A stretch of DNA of 36,252 nt. It comes from a virus (Duplodnaviria; Caudoviricetes). A program made the position numbers and the translations under genes. The DNA lies in IMG/VR virus record IMGVR_UViG_3300038379_000967, positions 1 to 36,252 of that record. One strand, given 5' to 3'. Below are positions 34,774 to 36,252 of this stretch, one piece after another; within the stretch, counting starts at the first letter, position 1; the number at the start of each line of letters is the position of its first letter. The notes beneath the pieces are model-generated. The model did no database searches. It was given only the letters and a program-made list of their open reading frames with translations, and was not told the origin of the DNA.

Positions 34774-35095
34774 CCTCGACCCTCAGTGGCTCCGGCACGA
34801 GCCGCAGAACCCCGAGATCCACCGGTTTGTCGAGCGCCCGGAGGCCAACGGCATCCGGTTCCTCTGTCCGAAGTGCTTCGAGGCCAACGGCGGGCCCGTC
34901 CGCACCCACGGGATCATCTGCTGGGATCCGACGGTTCCGCCGGACGTCGCGCCGAAGCCCGGCCGCTGGAACCTGGTGGGGACGAGCTACGAGGATCTCA
35001 GCTTGGTAGCCGGCTCATCCTCCGTCCTGCTCACGGGGAACGGCTGCCAGGCGCACTTCTTCGTCGAGCACGGGTCGATCAGGATGTGCCCGTGA
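34760..35095 (+). CDS. DUF6527-like Cys/His putative Zn-binding protein
   Basis: FLCPKC...H; W...G....LSL...SV....C..HFFV.HG.I. Confidence 0.7.
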   Translation: MRLTDLDPQWLRHEPQNPEIHRFVERPEANGIRFLCPKCFEANGGPVRTHGIICWDPTVPPDVAPKPGRWNLVGTSYEDLSLVAGSSSVLLTGNGCQAHFFVEHGSIRMCP

Positions 35096-35457
35096 GCGAG
35101 CTCCTCCAGCGCCGAATGCTCTTCACCCGGCTCGTCGCCCGCCTGATCGACCGGGCCATCGCCATGGGCTACCAGGCGACGCTGGGCGAGGTCCTGAGGG
35201 GCAAGGCCCAGGCCCAAGCCAACGCAGCCAGCGGCGCCGGGATCAGCAACAGCCTGCACCTGGACGGCCTGGCCGTGGATCTCAACCTCTACCTCAACGG
35301 GCGGTGGCTCCAGAACTCGGAGGACCACGCGGACCTGGGCCGGTGGTGGAAAGCCCAGCACCCGGATTGCCGGTGGGGCGGTGACTTCAAGGACTCGAAG
35401 GGCCGGCCGAAGCCGGACGGCAACCACTACTCGATCACGTTCCAGGGGCGCGCCTGA
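35092..35457 (+). CDS. Endolysin, M15-family Zn peptidase
   Basis: GE..R, SLH..GLAVD, WGGDF, DGNHYS; GTG 35092 coupled to upstream stop. Confidence 0.9.
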   Translation: MSELLQRRMLFTRLVARLIDRAIAMGYQATLGEVLRGKAQAQANAASGAGISNSLHLDGLAVDLNLYLNGRWLQNSEDHADLGRWWKAQHPDCRWGGDFKDSKGRPKPDGNHYSITFQGRA

Positions 35458-35458
35458 C

Positions 35459-35478
35459 CGTTGCCGTTTCGTTGCCGT
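35459..35478. promoter_or_regulatory. Putative integrase arm-type sites near the right att
   Basis: CGTTGCCGT at 35459 and 35470, matching 11-30. Confidence 0.7.
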
Positions 35479-35509
35479 CAGGACAGTCGCCGACCGGTAT
35501 CCAGCCGGC

Positions 35510-35539
35510 AAAAACGAAAAAGCGCCTCTGTAAGGCGCT
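35510..35539 (-). terminator. Intrinsic terminator for tmRNA, on the phage side of att
   Basis: AGCGCCT-5-AGGCGCT stem followed by TTTTCGTTTTT on the minus strand. Confidence 0.75.
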
Positions 35540-35555
35540 GATTCGCAAGGGGTGG

Positions 35556-35921
35556 TGGTGGAGGCGGCGGGAATCGAACCCGCGTCCGCAAGTCCTCTGC
35601 CCTCAGATCTACATGCGTATTCCGCCAATTGTCTTACTGGCGGCTACCCGACGGACAGGGAAAACCGACAGCCAGTCCGGTTGATGGGCTTTAACGTGCA
35701 GACCCCGGACGGGCCCGCACGCGATCCTGTAATGGGTTACTCCGGGGTCCGTATCGCACAGGCTCGATGCCGGTCCGAAGGCTCTCAAGACTGGTTTTTA
35801 AGCAGCGAGAGCGTAGTTGTCGTCGTTGGCAACTAAGTGTTTGCAGATGGATTTACGAGGTGATCTGCACCTCGGCATGCACCAAGGGGTTCGCAACCCA
35901 CGTCGAAACCAGGTCGCCCCC
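35556..35921 (-). ncRNA. ssrA: tmRNA; tag frame 35798-35830 encodes (A)ANDDNYALAA; the 3' end holds the att core
   Basis: 5' GGGGGCGACCTGGTTTCGAC; 3' GCGGGTTCGATTCCCGCCGCCTCCACCA; G3-U alanine identity pair; tag ORF. Confidence 0.98.
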
Positions 35922-36002
35922 ATGGGAGGCATTGTTGGGGTCCCGGCCGGGGAAAACAACCCGCCCGGTCACGGCCGGTAACCGGGGGCGTGACCGGCGG
36001 GC

Positions 36003-36032
36003 TTGACATGTCATGACACGTCAGGCTAGGGT
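36003..36032 (+). promoter_or_regulatory. Sigma70-like promoter with overlapping TGACA/TGTCA palindromes (probable autoregulatory operator)
   Basis: TTGACA-18-TAGGGT; TGACATGTCATGACA. Confidence 0.6.
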
Positions 36033-36039
36033 TCCGGCC

Positions 36040-36252
36040 ATGCCTGCCATCAAGTTCAGTTCGAAGATCGACGCGGAGGTCTGGAAGGAGCTTCGCGAGC
36101 TCGCCAGCGAGACCCACCAGAACGTCTCCGGCCTGCTCACCGAAGCGGTGCGGGACTACCTGCGCCGCCGCCGGGTGCGGCCCGAGGTGCTGAGCCACCT
36201 GGAGGCGTCCATCCGGGACAACCGCCAGCTCGGGGAGCTGCTTGCCAAGTAG
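36040..36252 (+). CDS. Host CopG/ribbon-helix-helix protein, possible antitoxin
   Basis: KFSSKIDAEVWKELRELA......VSGLLTEAVRDYL. Confidence 0.75.
   Translation: MPAIKFSSKIDAEVWKELRELASETHQNVSGLLTEAVRDYLRRRRVRPEVLSHLEASIRDNRQLGELLAK

Noticed and set aside
31400-35457. Diversity-generating retroelement as in BPP-1-like podoviruses
   Set aside because: No reverse transcriptase and no template/variable repeat pair seen
35556-35600. tRNA gene
   Set aside because: The T-arm and CCA belong to the tRNA-like domain of tmRNA
35472-36006. Short ORFs overlapping tmRNA
   Set aside because: Chance frames across an RNA gene

Overview
Nearly the whole window (1 to ~35555) is one apparently intact temperate prophage of a high-GC proteobacterium, integrated at the 3' end of the tmRNA gene (ssrA, 35556-35921, minus strand, tag ANDDNYALAA). 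The second att site should lie just left of base 1. The left arm (minus strand) carries integrase, excisionase, a DUF4224-GIY-YIG fusion, two HNH proteins, a HerA-like ATPase, RecT, YqaJ and a Lar-like gene. A lambdoid cI/cro switch with readable OL/OR operators follows. The right arm (plus strand) carries replication genes with an iteron origin, a RyR-domain plus Gp49-family pair, RusA, P22-like terminases, podovirus-type portal, scaffold, capsid, adaptor, nozzle and ejection proteins, two putative adsorption genes and a lysis cassette. A host ribbon-helix-helix gene ends the window. The most notable observations are: (1) an ejection protein ending in a RelA/SpoT-like domain, with an overlapping antisense small ORF as candidate immunity gene; (2) a large terminase split in two by an unrelated ORF; (3) an HNH endonuclease inserted into the Walker A of the ATPase gene, with a recoded replacement 5' end; (4) a probable anti-defence gene pair; (5) a multibranch RNA leader that pairs with the capsid Shine-Dalgarno; (6) a TIGR03790-like gene and carbohydrate-binding insertions in the nozzle where a tail fibre is expected. 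All family assignments come from reading motifs by eye, not from database searches.
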